A stretch of DNA of 64,000 nucleotides from positions 1,376,001 to 1,440,000 of the forward strand of contig CBDCWG010000012.1 in the NCBI GenBank assembly GCA_965223345.1. The letters run 5' to 3'. Every line of letters begins with the position of its first letter. The first letter of the stretch is position 1. Position numbers and translations under genes: made by a program. This DNA comes from Nitrospinales bacterium (lineage in GTDB: Bacteria; Nitrospinota; Nitrospinia; Nitrospinales; VA-1). The notes beneath the pieces were generated by a model, which saw nothing but the letters and a program-made list of their open reading frames with translations, had not been told where the DNA came from and made no database searches. This document shows positions 1 through 9,516 of the stretch, piece after piece.

Positions 1-143
1 AACCAACTCGTCGATCTGGGCCACGATTTTACCCAGCCCGGTGGTCGGGGTTCCCTGCTGGGCCAGCGCGAGTGGGCCGGGTAAAAGAAACAGACAGAAA
101 AGAATGAGCAGCTTCGGTCTCAATGTCACCAAAGGCGGGTTTC

Positions 144-1355
144 CTATTTTAGTAGTTGGACGGTCACGGTGGTCCCTTCTTCAAGGGTATCGGCTTCGAG
201 CGGGAAAACCAAAAGGCCGTTGGCGTGTACGGTGGATTTGAGCACGCCCGATCCCTGCTCTTCAGCGGGCGCAACGTGGTATCCGTTTTCGTCCCAGGAC
301 ACGATGGAACTCAGAAAATGCAGGCGTCCCGGTTTTTTGTGGATCGTGCGTTTGAGCCGGGCGCGCACCGTTTGCGGGAACAATTCGGAACAACCGAGAA
401 TCTTGCGGATCGAAGGCCGCACGAACTGCTCGAACGACACGAAGGAGGAAACGGGGTTGCCGGGCAGCCCGAATATGGGCGTCTCGCCGATGCGGCCGAA
501 CGCGAGCGGCTTGCCGGGCTTCATGGCCACTTTCCAGAACAGCATTTCCTGCCCGAGTTTTTTCAGGCTGGCTTTCACGAGATCGTAATCGCCGACCGAC
601 ACGCCGCCGGAAGAGACGACGCAATCGCACTCGAGCGCCCAGTTGAATTTTTCCAGCAGGTCTTCTTCCGTGTCCTTGGCGATGCCCAGATACACCGGCA
701 GGCCGCCTGCGGAGCGGATCTGTGCGGACAGCATGTGGCCGTTGCTGTTGTAGATGCAGGGGCCGGTCGCGGTTTCGTCGAGTTCGAGGATTTCATCGCC
801 GGTGGACAGGATCGCGATGCGCGGCCGCTGGCTGACGTAAATCTGCGAACGCCCGACCACCGCCATCATGCCTATCTGGGCGGGTGTGATATCGACGCCT
901 TTGGGCACCACCACTTCACCTTCGCGCACGTCCTCGCCGGCTTCGCGGATGTTTTCCCCGACCTCGGCTCTGTCCTTGACGAGGACGGAATCGCCGTTGC
1001 GTTCGGTGTCCTCCTGCATGATCACCGCGTCCGCCCCTTTGGGGATGGGCGCGCCGGTCATGATGCGGAACGCCTCACCCGGTTTCAAGGTGACGTCGGT
1101 CTGGTGGCCGGCGGCGATCTCCTCGCCGAGCTTCAGGCGCACGGGATTTTCCGGCGTGGCGCTTGCGATGTCCTTGGCGATGAGCGCGTAGCCGTCCATG
1201 GCGGAGTTGTCGAGCGGCGGGTTGTTGCGGCGCGCCACGATGTCTTCCGCCAGCACCCGGCCGAGCGCTTCCTCGACGGGGACTTTTTCGACGCCCTTGA
1301 ATTTGATTTTCGCGAGGATGGTCTCGCGCGCTTCGTCAACAGTGATCATGCTCAT
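144..1355 (-). CDS. moeA: Molybdopterin molybdenumtransferase (gephyrin-like)
   Basis: GRVLAED, SAMDGYA, IMTGAPIP, STGDE, SGGVSVGDYD, KPGKP and LPGNPVS motifs. Confidence 0.97.
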   Translation of the reverse strand: MSMITVDEARETILAKIKFKGVEKVPVEEALGRVLAEDIVARRNNPPLDNSAMDGYALIAKDIASATPENPVRLKLGEEIAAGHQTDVTLKPGEAFRIMTGAPIPKGADAVIMQEDTERNGDSVLVKDRAEVGENIREAGEDVREGEVVVPKGVDITPAQIGMMAVVGRSQIYVSQRPRIAILSTGDEILELDETATGPCIYNSNGHMLSAQIRSAGGLPVYLGIAKDTEEDLLEKFNWALECDCVVSSGGVSVGDYDLVKASLKKLGQEMLFWKVAMKPGKPLAFGRIGETPIFGLPGNPVSSFVSFEQFVRPSIRKILGCSELFPQTVRARLKRTIHKKPGRLHFLSSIVSWDENGYHVAPAEEQGSGVLKSTVHANGLLVFPLEADTLEEGTTVTVQLLK

Positions 1356-2485
1356 GGCGTTTCGTTTTCCTTCTCCCGCTTGGCGCGGGCGACTTCATAC
1401 TCCTCGGGAGTGTTGATGTTCATGAAATTGTGCCGGTCCGCTTCGGCAATCTTCACCTGCTTGAACGGCAGGTCGCTGATGATGCGCGTCAGCGACAGTT
1501 CCCGGCGCGACATCGCTTCGTATAAAGGAAGGATGAATTTGGGTTCGTAAATCGCGCACATCGGTTCGAAGCCGATCCGCCCTTTCTGCAGGTAGCAGGT
1601 GCCGAAGCGCAAAGGGTCTCTCTCTTCGATGATGGTCTCGAAATTTTTTTCTTTGATGAACGGCATGTCGCAGGCGGTGATCATCCAGGCCTTGTCCGGA
1701 TGGCGTGACATGAGCGTGGCCAGCCCGCCCACCGGTCCCAGGCCGATGTGATCGTCGTTGATCCGTTCGGTGCCGTCGAGGTTCGCCAGCGGGCCCATGT
1801 CCAGGTCGGAGCGCGAGGACAGGTAGACGGTTTCGCAGAACCGCTTGAGCACCTTGACGAGGCGTTCGGTTTCCGAGACGCCGTTGTAGGAAAGCGAAAA
1901 TTTGGGTTTGCCCATGCGCTTGCTCTGCCCGCCGACGAACACGGCGCCGTAAAGGCCGCTCGCCTGACTCTTGAAATGGGCGCGCACGAATTGGTAGATC
2001 GCATCCAGATCGTCGCGGTGAAACCGCGGCACGTCGAGGTCTCCGACGGCGGTTTCGTCCACCGTTCCCTGATGCACGACGGCTTTGATGCCGGCCGTAT
2101 CCTTGGAAATAGGGAGCGCGCCTTCGGCATCGAGAAACACCACTTTATCGAAGGGGGACTGCTTGTAGCCTTCGATGAGGATGCAGTCGCATTGCTCCAG
2201 AGCGTGGGTGATGGTGCGTTTTTTGAAGGTGTTGTCGCCGACGACGGCGAAGTGGCTGGGATCGTTGATGGTGATGATTCCGGCGCCGGCGTGTTGCGCC
2301 CGTTGCGTGTCTTTGCCTTCCTTGTCCATCGTGAAGCGGTGGGCGTCGTGCTTGTAATAGCCCACGCGGAAATCCTCCTCGCTGAATTGTTTGATCAGCC
2401 GCTCCAGCAGGGTGGTTTTCCCCACGCCCGAGAAACCGGCGAAGCAGAGAAAAGGGGTTTTGAATTGTTCCCAATATCGGTCCAT
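1352..2485 (-). CDS. mobAB: Fused MobB (N-terminal P-loop) and MobA (Mo-cofactor guanylyltransferase)
   Basis: GFSGVGKTT..KHDAH..DKEGKDT..ILIEGYK (MobB), then GGQSKRMGKPK..GPVGGL..ACDMPF..FMNINTPEE (MobA); start chosen at ATG 2485; 4-nt overlap with moeA. Confidence 0.9.
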   Translation of the reverse strand: MDRYWEQFKTPFLCFAGFSGVGKTTLLERLIKQFSEEDFRVGYYKHDAHRFTMDKEGKDTQRAQHAGAGIITINDPSHFAVVGDNTFKKRTITHALEQCDCILIEGYKQSPFDKVVFLDAEGALPISKDTAGIKAVVHQGTVDETAVGDLDVPRFHRDDLDAIYQFVRAHFKSQASGLYGAVFVGGQSKRMGKPKFSLSYNGVSETERLVKVLKRFCETVYLSSRSDLDMGPLANLDGTERINDDHIGLGPVGGLATLMSRHPDKAWMITACDMPFIKEKNFETIIEERDPLRFGTCYLQKGRIGFEPMCAIYEPKFILPLYEAMSRRELSLTRIISDLPFKQVKIAEADRHNFMNINTPEEYEVARAKREKENETP

Positions 2486-2584
2486 GCGGCAACAGGTTGA
2501 AAACGCTTCATTCCGTGGCCTGGGAAGCGTTTTCGGCTGGAAGATCAAAGCCTTGTAAATATCTAAAAAATGGTGGCTTAGGTT

Positions 2585-2613
2585 ATTATTGATGATCTTC
2601 AGACCCCTGTCAA
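2585..2613 (-). promoter_or_regulatory. Sigma70-type promoter for mobAB-moeA
   Basis: TTGACA-N17-AATAAT on the minus strand. Confidence 0.5.
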
Positions 2614-2708
2614 GCCTGGAGTTGGGCGTGTTTCATCTGTGTTTTTGCAATAGCGTCTGCAACAGTGCACGGGATGCGTTTCGTCGCATTATTTGCGGTG
2701 ATGACCGG

Positions 2709-2721
2709 TAAGTCCTTGATT
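2709..2721 (-). promoter_or_regulatory. IHF binding site
   Basis: AATCAAggacTTA matches WATCAANNNNTTR; lies between a candidate enhancer and the sigma54 promoter. Confidence 0.55.
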
Positions 2722-2750
2722 TTAATGAGTGCGCGTTTGGGCCGGGCTGC

Positions 2751-2766
2751 CGGTACGAAACTTGTA
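2751..2766 (+). promoter_or_regulatory. Sigma54 (-24/-12) promoter of nirK
   Basis: CGGTACGAAACTTGTA versus consensus TGGCACGNNNNTTGCW; GT instead of GC at -12. Confidence 0.55.
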
Positions 2767-2850
2767 ATGCTTTTGCCAGTTGCAGCGTGTCTGCATTTTT
2801 TTCACACTTCTGCATTCCCTTCACGGATAAATACACAAAGGAGAGCATTG

Positions 2851-3855
2851 ATGAAACGAACGGGTATTGGAAAATGGATGAGCGGGACCCTGGTATCGGC
2901 GGCGCTGGTTTTTTCCGCGGCCGCCATCGCAACGGCGGCGGAAAAGGCACAGTTGACCACCGCGCCTCAGGTTCCGGCTCCGATCAAACGGACTTCCCCC
3001 ACCAAGGTGGTGGTGAATTTTGAAGCCAAGGAATACGTGGGCGAACTGGCGGATGGCAAACAGTATAAATTCTGGAGCTTCAACGGCACGGTGCCCGGCC
3101 CGATGGTGCGGGTGCGGCAGGGCGACACGGTGGAGTTTCATCTTTCCAATCACAAGGACAGTCAGTTCCCGCACAACATCGACATCCACGCGGTGAACGG
3201 GCCGGGCGGCGGCGCGGCCGTCAACCTGGTGGCGCCGGGCGAAGAGAAGGTGTTCGAGTTCAAGGCGCTGAATCCCGGATTGTATATCTATCATTGCGCC
3301 TCGCCGGCGCCCAGCATTCCCGCGCACATCGCCAACGGCATGTACGGCCTGATGCTGGTGGAGCCGGAAAAGGGCATGGCCAAGGTGGACCGCGAGTTCT
3401 ATGTGTTTGAAAGCGAGTTTTTCACGAAGCCTTCGGACAAAAAGGACGTGCTCGAGCTCTCTATGGAGAAGGGCTTGAACGAGCACCCCGACTACGTGGT
3501 TTTCAACGGCAAGGGCGGCGCTCTGATGGGCGACAACGTGCTGGAAGCCAAGGTGGGAGACACGGTGCGCATTTACTTCGGCAACATCGGCCCCAACGGC
3601 ATTTCTTCATTCCACATCATCGGCGAAATTTTCGACCGCGTGCACGAGGAAGGGTCGCTGGAAGGCACGGTGAACCGCAACGTGCAGACCACGCTGGTGC
3701 CCTCGGCGGGTTCGACGATCGTCGAGTTCACCATCGACGTTCCGGGCGACTACATCCTGGTGGATCACAGCATCTTCCGGGTCGCCAAGGGCGCGATCGG
3801 CATCCTGTCCGCCAAGGGCAAGGAAAACCCGAAGGTGTTCCGGTCGGTGAAGTAA
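2851..3855 (+). CDS. nirK: Copper-containing nitrite reductase
   Basis: Signal peptide; PHNIDIH, YHCA..HIANGMYG, SSFHIIG and LVDHS supply the T1/T2 Cu ligands and catalytic Asp/His; RBS AAGGAG. Confidence 0.96.
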   Translation: MKRTGIGKWMSGTLVSAALVFSAAAIATAAEKAQLTTAPQVPAPIKRTSPTKVVVNFEAKEYVGELADGKQYKFWSFNGTVPGPMVRVRQGDTVEFHLSNHKDSQFPHNIDIHAVNGPGGGAAVNLVAPGEEKVFEFKALNPGLYIYHCASPAPSIPAHIANGMYGLMLVEPEKGMAKVDREFYVFESEFFTKPSDKKDVLELSMEKGLNEHPDYVVFNGKGGALMGDNVLEAKVGDTVRIYFGNIGPNGISSFHIIGEIFDRVHEEGSLEGTVNRNVQTTLVPSAGSTIVEFTIDVPGDYILVDHSIFRVAKGAIGILSAKGKENPKVFRSVK

Positions 3856-3890
3856 AACGTCGGGATGCGTGGCTTCTCTGTGATGGGAAG

Positions 3891-5213
3891 TCACGCATCC
3901 AGATTGAAGGCTTTCATTTTGCGCCACAGCGTGATGCGGTGCACGTTCAATAGCTGGGCGGCCTGGGTCTGGTTGTGCCCGGTTTTCTGCAGCGCCGCTT
4001 CCACCTTTTCGCGCGTGAGCACGGTGCGTTTGCGGCGCACTTTGCGGACGCGCGCCGAAGCGACGAATGCGGGGAGGTCTTTCAGTTCGATGTGCTTGCC
4101 GGTGCACTTCACGCAGGCGTGTTCCAGCGCGTTTTCCAGTTCGCGCACGTTGCCCGGCCAGTCGTAATCCATCAGGCTCCCCAGCGCTTCGTAGGTGACC
4201 GATTCGATCGCCTTTTCGTTTTCGCCGGTCCACTTCTGAATGAAATAGTCCGCCAGCAGCGGGATGTCGTCCTTGCGCGTGCGCAGAGCGGGCAATTGAA
4301 TGGGCACGACGTTGAGCCGGTAGTACAGATCCTGGCGGAACCGTCCGGTGCGGATCTCTTCCATCAGGTCCTTGTGCGTGGCGGCGAGAATGCGGATGTC
4401 CACCTTGCGCGTTTTGTTTTCCCCCACCCTTTGGATTTCCTTTTCCTGCAGCACGCGCAGCAGCTTCACCTGCACCTGCGGGCTCAGGTCGCCCACCTCG
4501 TCTAAGAACACCGTTCCGCCGCAGCCTTCCTCGAAGCGTCCCATGCGCTCCTGCACCGCGCCGGTGAACGCGCCTTTGACGTGTCCGAACAGTTCGCTCT
4601 CCAGCAGGCTCTCTGAAAACGAGGAGCAGTGAACGGCGATCAGTTTTTTGCGGGCGCGCGGGCTTTCGTGATGGATGGCTTTGGCGACCAGCTCCTTGCC
4701 GGTGCCGCTCTCTCCCTGAATCAGCACCGTGGTGTCGAATTGCGCGATGTTGGCGATCGACTGAAACAACTCCTGCATGTGATGGTTTTTTCCCACGATA
4801 TTCTGGAACGTGTGGATGTTGCGGATCTTTTCCTTGAGGCGGGCGATCTCCGTCGTGTCGGTGAGCGCCACCAGCACTTCCACTCTGCCGTTCGCGTCGC
4901 GCTTGAGAAGACCGGCTTGAAACCGCCCCTGCCTGCGGACCCCGTCGCGCCGCATGAACGGCGATTCGAACTGCACCCGGTTTTCGGAGACGCCGTTTTT
5001 GACGGTCTGGCACAGCGCGCAGTTGTTGAGGCACAGGCTTTTGTCGAACAGGGTGACGCATTCTTTGCCGATCACCTCGTCTTTCGTGAAGCCGGTGATT
5101 TTTTCAGCGGCGGAATTGAAATGGCGGATCTTCATGCTCTCGTCGTAGACGAACACCGCTTCGTTCAGCGTGTCTATCAGGTTGTCCATGTAGGGGATGG
5201 CGTCGGGTTTCAC
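3891..5213 (-). CDS. Sigma54-dependent activator (PAS, AAA+, Fis-type HTH)
   Basis: GESGTGKE, ESELFGH, GAFTGA, LDEVG, WPGNVREL; N-terminal PAS with a four-Cys cluster; GTG start. Confidence 0.95.
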   Translation of the reverse strand: MKPDAIPYMDNLIDTLNEAVFVYDESMKIRHFNSAAEKITGFTKDEVIGKECVTLFDKSLCLNNCALCQTVKNGVSENRVQFESPFMRRDGVRRQGRFQAGLLKRDANGRVEVLVALTDTTEIARLKEKIRNIHTFQNIVGKNHHMQELFQSIANIAQFDTTVLIQGESGTGKELVAKAIHHESPRARKKLIAVHCSSFSESLLESELFGHVKGAFTGAVQERMGRFEEGCGGTVFLDEVGDLSPQVQVKLLRVLQEKEIQRVGENKTRKVDIRILAATHKDLMEEIRTGRFRQDLYYRLNVVPIQLPALRTRKDDIPLLADYFIQKWTGENEKAIESVTYEALGSLMDYDWPGNVRELENALEHACVKCTGKHIELKDLPAFVASARVRKVRRKRTVLTREKVEAALQKTGHNQTQAAQLLNVHRITLWRKMKAFNLDA

Positions 5214-5511
5214 CGGGGTCTCTCCGTTCGTGCGTGAGTGGATGCGTCTCTGTTGTAGATTAAAATGGCAACTGTTGCAACTGTATTTTGCAACACCGGC
5301 TCCCGGTCTGGGGTTGCCCGCAAAACAGCAGCATTTTGAGGGCTTTCTTGTATTGCCCCCGCCCGTTCAGTACAATCGGATTACAGAAAACGAGGGTGTG
5401 CCCCGATCGATCCCGAGCCGGATGGGTCCGCGCGCCAGCCCGAAGACCGCCCCACCCAAGCGCGATGGGGGTTCCATCTCCTGCAAAAACAAGGGGTCAC
5501 CTGCCATCGAG

Positions 5512-7683
5512 ATGAAAACCGACTCTCCCGATAAACGCTTCCCGGCCGCGCGCTGGGTTCCCGTTCTGCTCATCCTGGTGGTCGTCGCCGCCTACTGGGG
5601 CGCGCTGGAAAACCAGTTCGTCAACTGGGACGATCACGAATACGTCTACGACAATCCCAAAATCCGATCGTTGTCGGCCGATCACCTGGCCGCCATGTTC
5701 ACGGAGTTTCGCGCCGGCAACTGGCATCCCTTGACCTGGCTGTCGCACGCGGTGGATCACCGGTGGTACGGGCTCAACCCCTGGGGGCACCATCTGACCA
5801 ATGTGATTCTGCACGCCCTCAACACCTGCCTGGTGTTTTTTCTTTTCATCCAACTGGTGCACTGCGCATCCGCAACCGTCCCCTTTTCGGCGGCGCGGCT
5901 GGTGAGCGGAGTGTTTGCGGCGCTTTTTTTCGCGTTGCATCCCTTAAGGGTGGAATCGGTCGCCTGGGTGTCCGAACGCAAGGATCTGTTGTGCGCGCTG
6001 TTTTTTCTTTTGGCGCTGCTTTTTTATCTTGCCCACCGGCGCACCGAGCGCCCGGCGGACGAACACTGGCGATACTTCGCGGCGCTTGTGTGTTTCGCTC
6101 TGGCGCTGATGTCGAAACCGATGGCGGTCACGCTGCCTGTCGTGCTGTTGCTCCTGGATGTGTGGCCCTTGAACCGCCTGCAGAGAGGCGAGCCTTTTCG
6201 GCGGGTGCTGGCGGAAAAGCTGCCGTTTTTTCTTTTGAGCGGCGTGTCGGCGGTGCTCACGGTGTGGGCGCAGCGCGCCGGCGAAGCGGTGCGCACGTTT
6301 GCGGATTTTTCTTTGTGGGAACGCTGTGTCAATGCGTTGAACAGCCTGTCGTTTTATCTGGAGCAGACGCTGTGGCCCGCGCGTCTGGTGCCGTTCTATC
6401 CTTTCGCCAAGGACCTTTCATACTCGCGCATCGGGGTGTCGCTGGCGGTGGTGCTGGGAATCAGCGTGCTGTGCGCCGTTCTCTGGCGCAAAGGGCATCG
6501 CCTGTTCGGCATCGCCTGGATGTACTACTTGGTGACGCTGTCGCCGGTGCTGGGGATCGTGCAGGTGGGCGGCCAGGCCGCGGCGGACCGCTACACCTAT
6601 CTGCCGGGGCTGAGCCTTTGCTTTTTGCTGGGTGCGGGGGTGATCGGCCTGTGGCGGTGGAAACCCGAAGCGCTTTTTAAAAACCCGGTCAAAGGCGGCG
6701 TGCTCGCGGTTATTGCGGCGGTGCTGGTGTCGCTGGGCGTTCTCACCGTCAAGCAGATTCCGGTGTGGGAGAACGGGGAGACACTGTGGAGCGCGGTCAT
6801 CGACGCGTTTCCGCAACGGGCGGCGCTCGCTCACATCAACCTGGGGACCTATTACCTGTCCGAGGAAAAACTGGCCGAAGCGGAAACCGAGTTTCGGGCG
6901 GTGATCGCCCGTCATCCCGATTTTGCCGGCGCGCACCAGAACCTGGGACTGGTGCACGTCAAACAGGAGCGTTTCGAAGACGCGCGCAAGGCCTACGAGG
7001 TGGCGCTTGCCATCGATCCGGATCTTCCGGACGTGCGCATTCAACTGGGGGCCCTGTATACCAAAGCGGGACGACTGGGACTGGCCGAGGAGGAATTTCT
7101 CAAAGTACTCCAGGCCGATCCCCAGTCGTCGGAGGCGCACCACCAGCTGGGGGTGGTCTATTTCCGCAGCAACCGCATTGCCGATGCGGAGGCGGCCTAC
7201 CGGAACGCGTTGCAGATCGATCCGGATAATCTGGAAGCGCGCAACAACCTGGGTATCCTGTACTACGAAACCCGCAAGCTGGATCTGGCCGAGGTGGAGT
7301 TCAAAAAGGTCATCCAGAAAGATCCCGGCAACCTGGAAGCGCGCAACAACCTGGGCGTTCTGTATTACGACGCGAAACGCATCGGTGAAGCGGAAGAGCA
7401 GCTCAAAAAGGTGCTCGCCATCAACCCGGATCGCGCCGACACGCATTTTTACCTCGGCATCGTGTACCTGATCCAGGACAAGAGCGAGGAAGCGTCGCAG
7501 CAATTGTTGCGGTCTCTGGAGGAAGATCCGAAAAACGCCGAAGCGCATCATTACCTGGGAATCGTCTACGGCAAACGCGGCCTGCTGGACAAGGCGGAAA
7601 AGGAATTTGAAGCGGCGCTCAAGGTCGATCCGAACCACGCCACCGCCAAGGCCAACCTGGAAAAAATCCGGGCGATCCGATGA
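5512..7683 (+). CDS. TMTC-like membrane glycosyltransferase (GT-C) with C-terminal TPR repeats
   Basis: FVNWDD, WHPLTWLS, LHPLRVESVAWVSERKD, SKP and ADRYTYLP motifs; multiple TM helices; about 8 TPRs. Confidence 0.85.
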   Translation: MKTDSPDKRFPAARWVPVLLILVVVAAYWGALENQFVNWDDHEYVYDNPKIRSLSADHLAAMFTEFRAGNWHPLTWLSHAVDHRWYGLNPWGHHLTNVILHALNTCLVFFLFIQLVHCASATVPFSAARLVSGVFAALFFALHPLRVESVAWVSERKDLLCALFFLLALLFYLAHRRTERPADEHWRYFAALVCFALALMSKPMAVTLPVVLLLLDVWPLNRLQRGEPFRRVLAEKLPFFLLSGVSAVLTVWAQRAGEAVRTFADFSLWERCVNALNSLSFYLEQTLWPARLVPFYPFAKDLSYSRIGVSLAVVLGISVLCAVLWRKGHRLFGIAWMYYLVTLSPVLGIVQVGGQAAADRYTYLPGLSLCFLLGAGVIGLWRWKPEALFKNPVKGGVLAVIAAVLVSLGVLTVKQIPVWENGETLWSAVIDAFPQRAALAHINLGTYYLSEEKLAEAETEFRAVIARHPDFAGAHQNLGLVHVKQERFEDARKAYEVALAIDPDLPDVRIQLGALYTKAGRLGLAEEEFLKVLQADPQSSEAHHQLGVVYFRSNRIADAEAAYRNALQIDPDNLEARNNLGILYYETRKLDLAEVEFKKVIQKDPGNLEARNNLGVLYYDAKRIGEAEEQLKKVLAINPDRADTHFYLGIVYLIQDKSEEASQQLLRSLEEDPKNAEAHHYLGIVYGKRGLLDKAEKEFEAALKVDPNHATAKANLEKIRAIR

Positions 7684-7751
7684 TGTTCCGCGGCGATGCA
7701 GCCCGCTCGCGTCGCACCCAAGCGCGGCCGTTCGTCTGCGTAAACGCCAGT

Positions 7752-7780
7752 TTGACAATCGATTTTCGATTTTCTAGAAT
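7752..7780 (+). promoter_or_regulatory. Sigma70-type promoter of the cyclophilin pair
   Basis: TTGACA-N17-TAGAAT. Confidence 0.65.
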
Positions 7781-7891
7781 GATCGTTTCCTGATAAAACA
7801 AGTTGTGAAGGCGGCGGGTTCCCTGCCGGGGCGGGCGCTCCGTGGGTCCCATCGCTTCTTACATAAAACAACCTACACCGATGGAGGAAAA

Positions 7892-8446
7892 ATGAATCGT
7901 TTGTTTCAAGGAATCGCGGCGGTTGTGCTGGGCGTGTTTTTGGGGCTGGCTCCGGCCCATGCGGGAGAAGTGGCTGTGATCGAGACCAGCATGGGGACCA
8001 TCGAGTTCAAGTTCCTCACGGACAAAGCGCCGGGGCACGTGAAAAACTTCAAGGATCTTGCCAACAAGGGATTTTACGACGGCACCACCTTTCACCGCGT
8101 GATTCCGGGATTCATGATCCAGGGCGGCGACCCCGAATCCAAAAATGAAGACCGCTCCCGGCATGGGACCGGCGGTCCGGGCTACCAGATCAAAGCGGAA
8201 TTCAACGACACAGAGCACAACCGCGGCATCGTTTCCATGGCGCGGTCGCAGAACCCGGACAGTGCGGGGTCGCAGTTTTTCATCGTGGTGAAGGACTCGA
8301 ATTTTCTCGATGGGAAATACACCGCGTTCGGCGAAGTCACGGCGGGCATGGATGTGGCGGATAAAATCGTCAACGCGCCGCGCGACCGCAGGGACAACCC
8401 GATCGATCGCATCGTGATAAAAAAAGTCAGCATTCAGAACAAATGA
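7892..8446 (+). CDS. Cyclophilin-type peptidyl-prolyl isomerase, exported
   Basis: FHRVIPGFMIQGGDP, SMAR, SAGSQFFI; signal peptide ending AHA; RBS GGAGG. Confidence 0.95.
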   Translation: MNRLFQGIAAVVLGVFLGLAPAHAGEVAVIETSMGTIEFKFLTDKAPGHVKNFKDLANKGFYDGTTFHRVIPGFMIQGGDPESKNEDRSRHGTGGPGYQIKAEFNDTEHNRGIVSMARSQNPDSAGSQFFIVVKDSNFLDGKYTAFGEVTAGMDVADKIVNAPRDRRDNPIDRIVIKKVSIQNK

Positions 8447-8584
8447 CCGGGTGGAGCCGGGCTGTATGCCGGTGCCATCTCAGGTGAAACGGGCTTGCGG
8501 TCCGGCGCGGCCTGCCGGACCGGGTTTCGAATCAAATTGTGATTTGGATGGAAGCGTCATCCAATTTCAGGGAGGTTTCAATCC

Positions 8585-9088
8585 ATGTCGGATGCAGCCG
8601 GCGGCGAGATCGCCGTCATCGATACGAGTCTGGGGACGATCACGCTCGAATTTTTCGAGGACAAGGCCCCCGGGCACGTGAAAAACTTCAAGGATCTGGC
8701 CCGCAAGGGTTTTTACAACGGCACCACCTTTCACCGCGTGATTCCGGGATTCATGATCCAGGGCGGCGACCCCAACTCCAAAAGCGACAACCGCTCCACA
8801 CACGGGACGGGCGGTCCGGGCTACCAGATCAAGGCGGAATTCAACGACACACCGCATCAGCGCGGCGTCCTTTCCATGGCGCGGGCGCAGGACCCGGACA
8901 GCGCCGGGTCGCAGTTTTTCATCGTGGTTCAGGATTCGCTGTTCCTCGACGGGCAGTACACCGCGTTCGGAAAGGTGCGTGCGGGCATGGACGTCGCCGA
9001 TTCGATCGTCAATTCGCCGCGGGACGCCAACGACAACCCGAACGATCGCATCGAGATGAAAGAGGTGCGGATCGAGAGCGCAGGATAA
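8585..9088 (+). CDS. Cyclophilin-type peptidyl-prolyl isomerase, cytoplasmic
   Basis: Same motifs as the upstream paralogue, no signal peptide; RBS GGAGG. Confidence 0.95.
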   Translation: MSDAAGGEIAVIDTSLGTITLEFFEDKAPGHVKNFKDLARKGFYNGTTFHRVIPGFMIQGGDPNSKSDNRSTHGTGGPGYQIKAEFNDTPHQRGVLSMARAQDPDSAGSQFFIVVQDSLFLDGQYTAFGKVRAGMDVADSIVNSPRDANDNPNDRIEMKEVRIESAG

Positions 9089-9129
9089 AGACGCGCGGTT
9101 TCCATACGACACCGATGTGAGCTGAGACC

Positions 9130-9489
9130 ATGGAAAAAGAATTCGACATTCATGTTTACGGAATCATGCAGACCTCCGTGCCTGCCGGACGGCACGAGGA
9201 AGACGGCGTTCCGGCGGGCGACACGATCCGCAAGCTGATTCTGGATCACTGGGACACGCACGAAAAGATCAACGTTTTCTTCGAAGGCATCGCGAAGATG
9301 ACGCGGCCTTTCATCGATGAGGCGTTTGCCAAAATTCTGGAAACCCGCACCCTGGATGAATTCAATTCCCGGCTTCACTTTCCCGACGCCAGCGATCACA
9401 TCGTCAAGGCGTTGAACGAAGCGGTCAAGCTGCGCCTTAAAATCATCAAGGCCGCCAAGGAACGTGAAGAAATGGGGGATGGTTTTTGA
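9130..9489 (+). CDS. Hypothetical protein, STAS-like (DUF4325-like)
   Basis: FEGIAKMTRPFIDEAFAKI resembles the DUF4325 motif. Confidence 0.6.
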   Translation: MEKEFDIHVYGIMQTSVPAGRHEEDGVPAGDTIRKLILDHWDTHEKINVFFEGIAKMTRPFIDEAFAKILETRTLDEFNSRLHFPDASDHIVKALNEAVKLRLKIIKAAKEREEMGDGF

Positions 9490-9516
9490 GGGGTTCGCTG
9501 CAGGATGACCGCCAGG

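Noticed and set aside
7210..7370. Direct repeat CTGGAAGCGCGCAACAACCTGGG, 102 bp apart
   Set aside because: Coding repeat of adjacent 34-aa TPR units, not a CRISPR array or mobile-element end.
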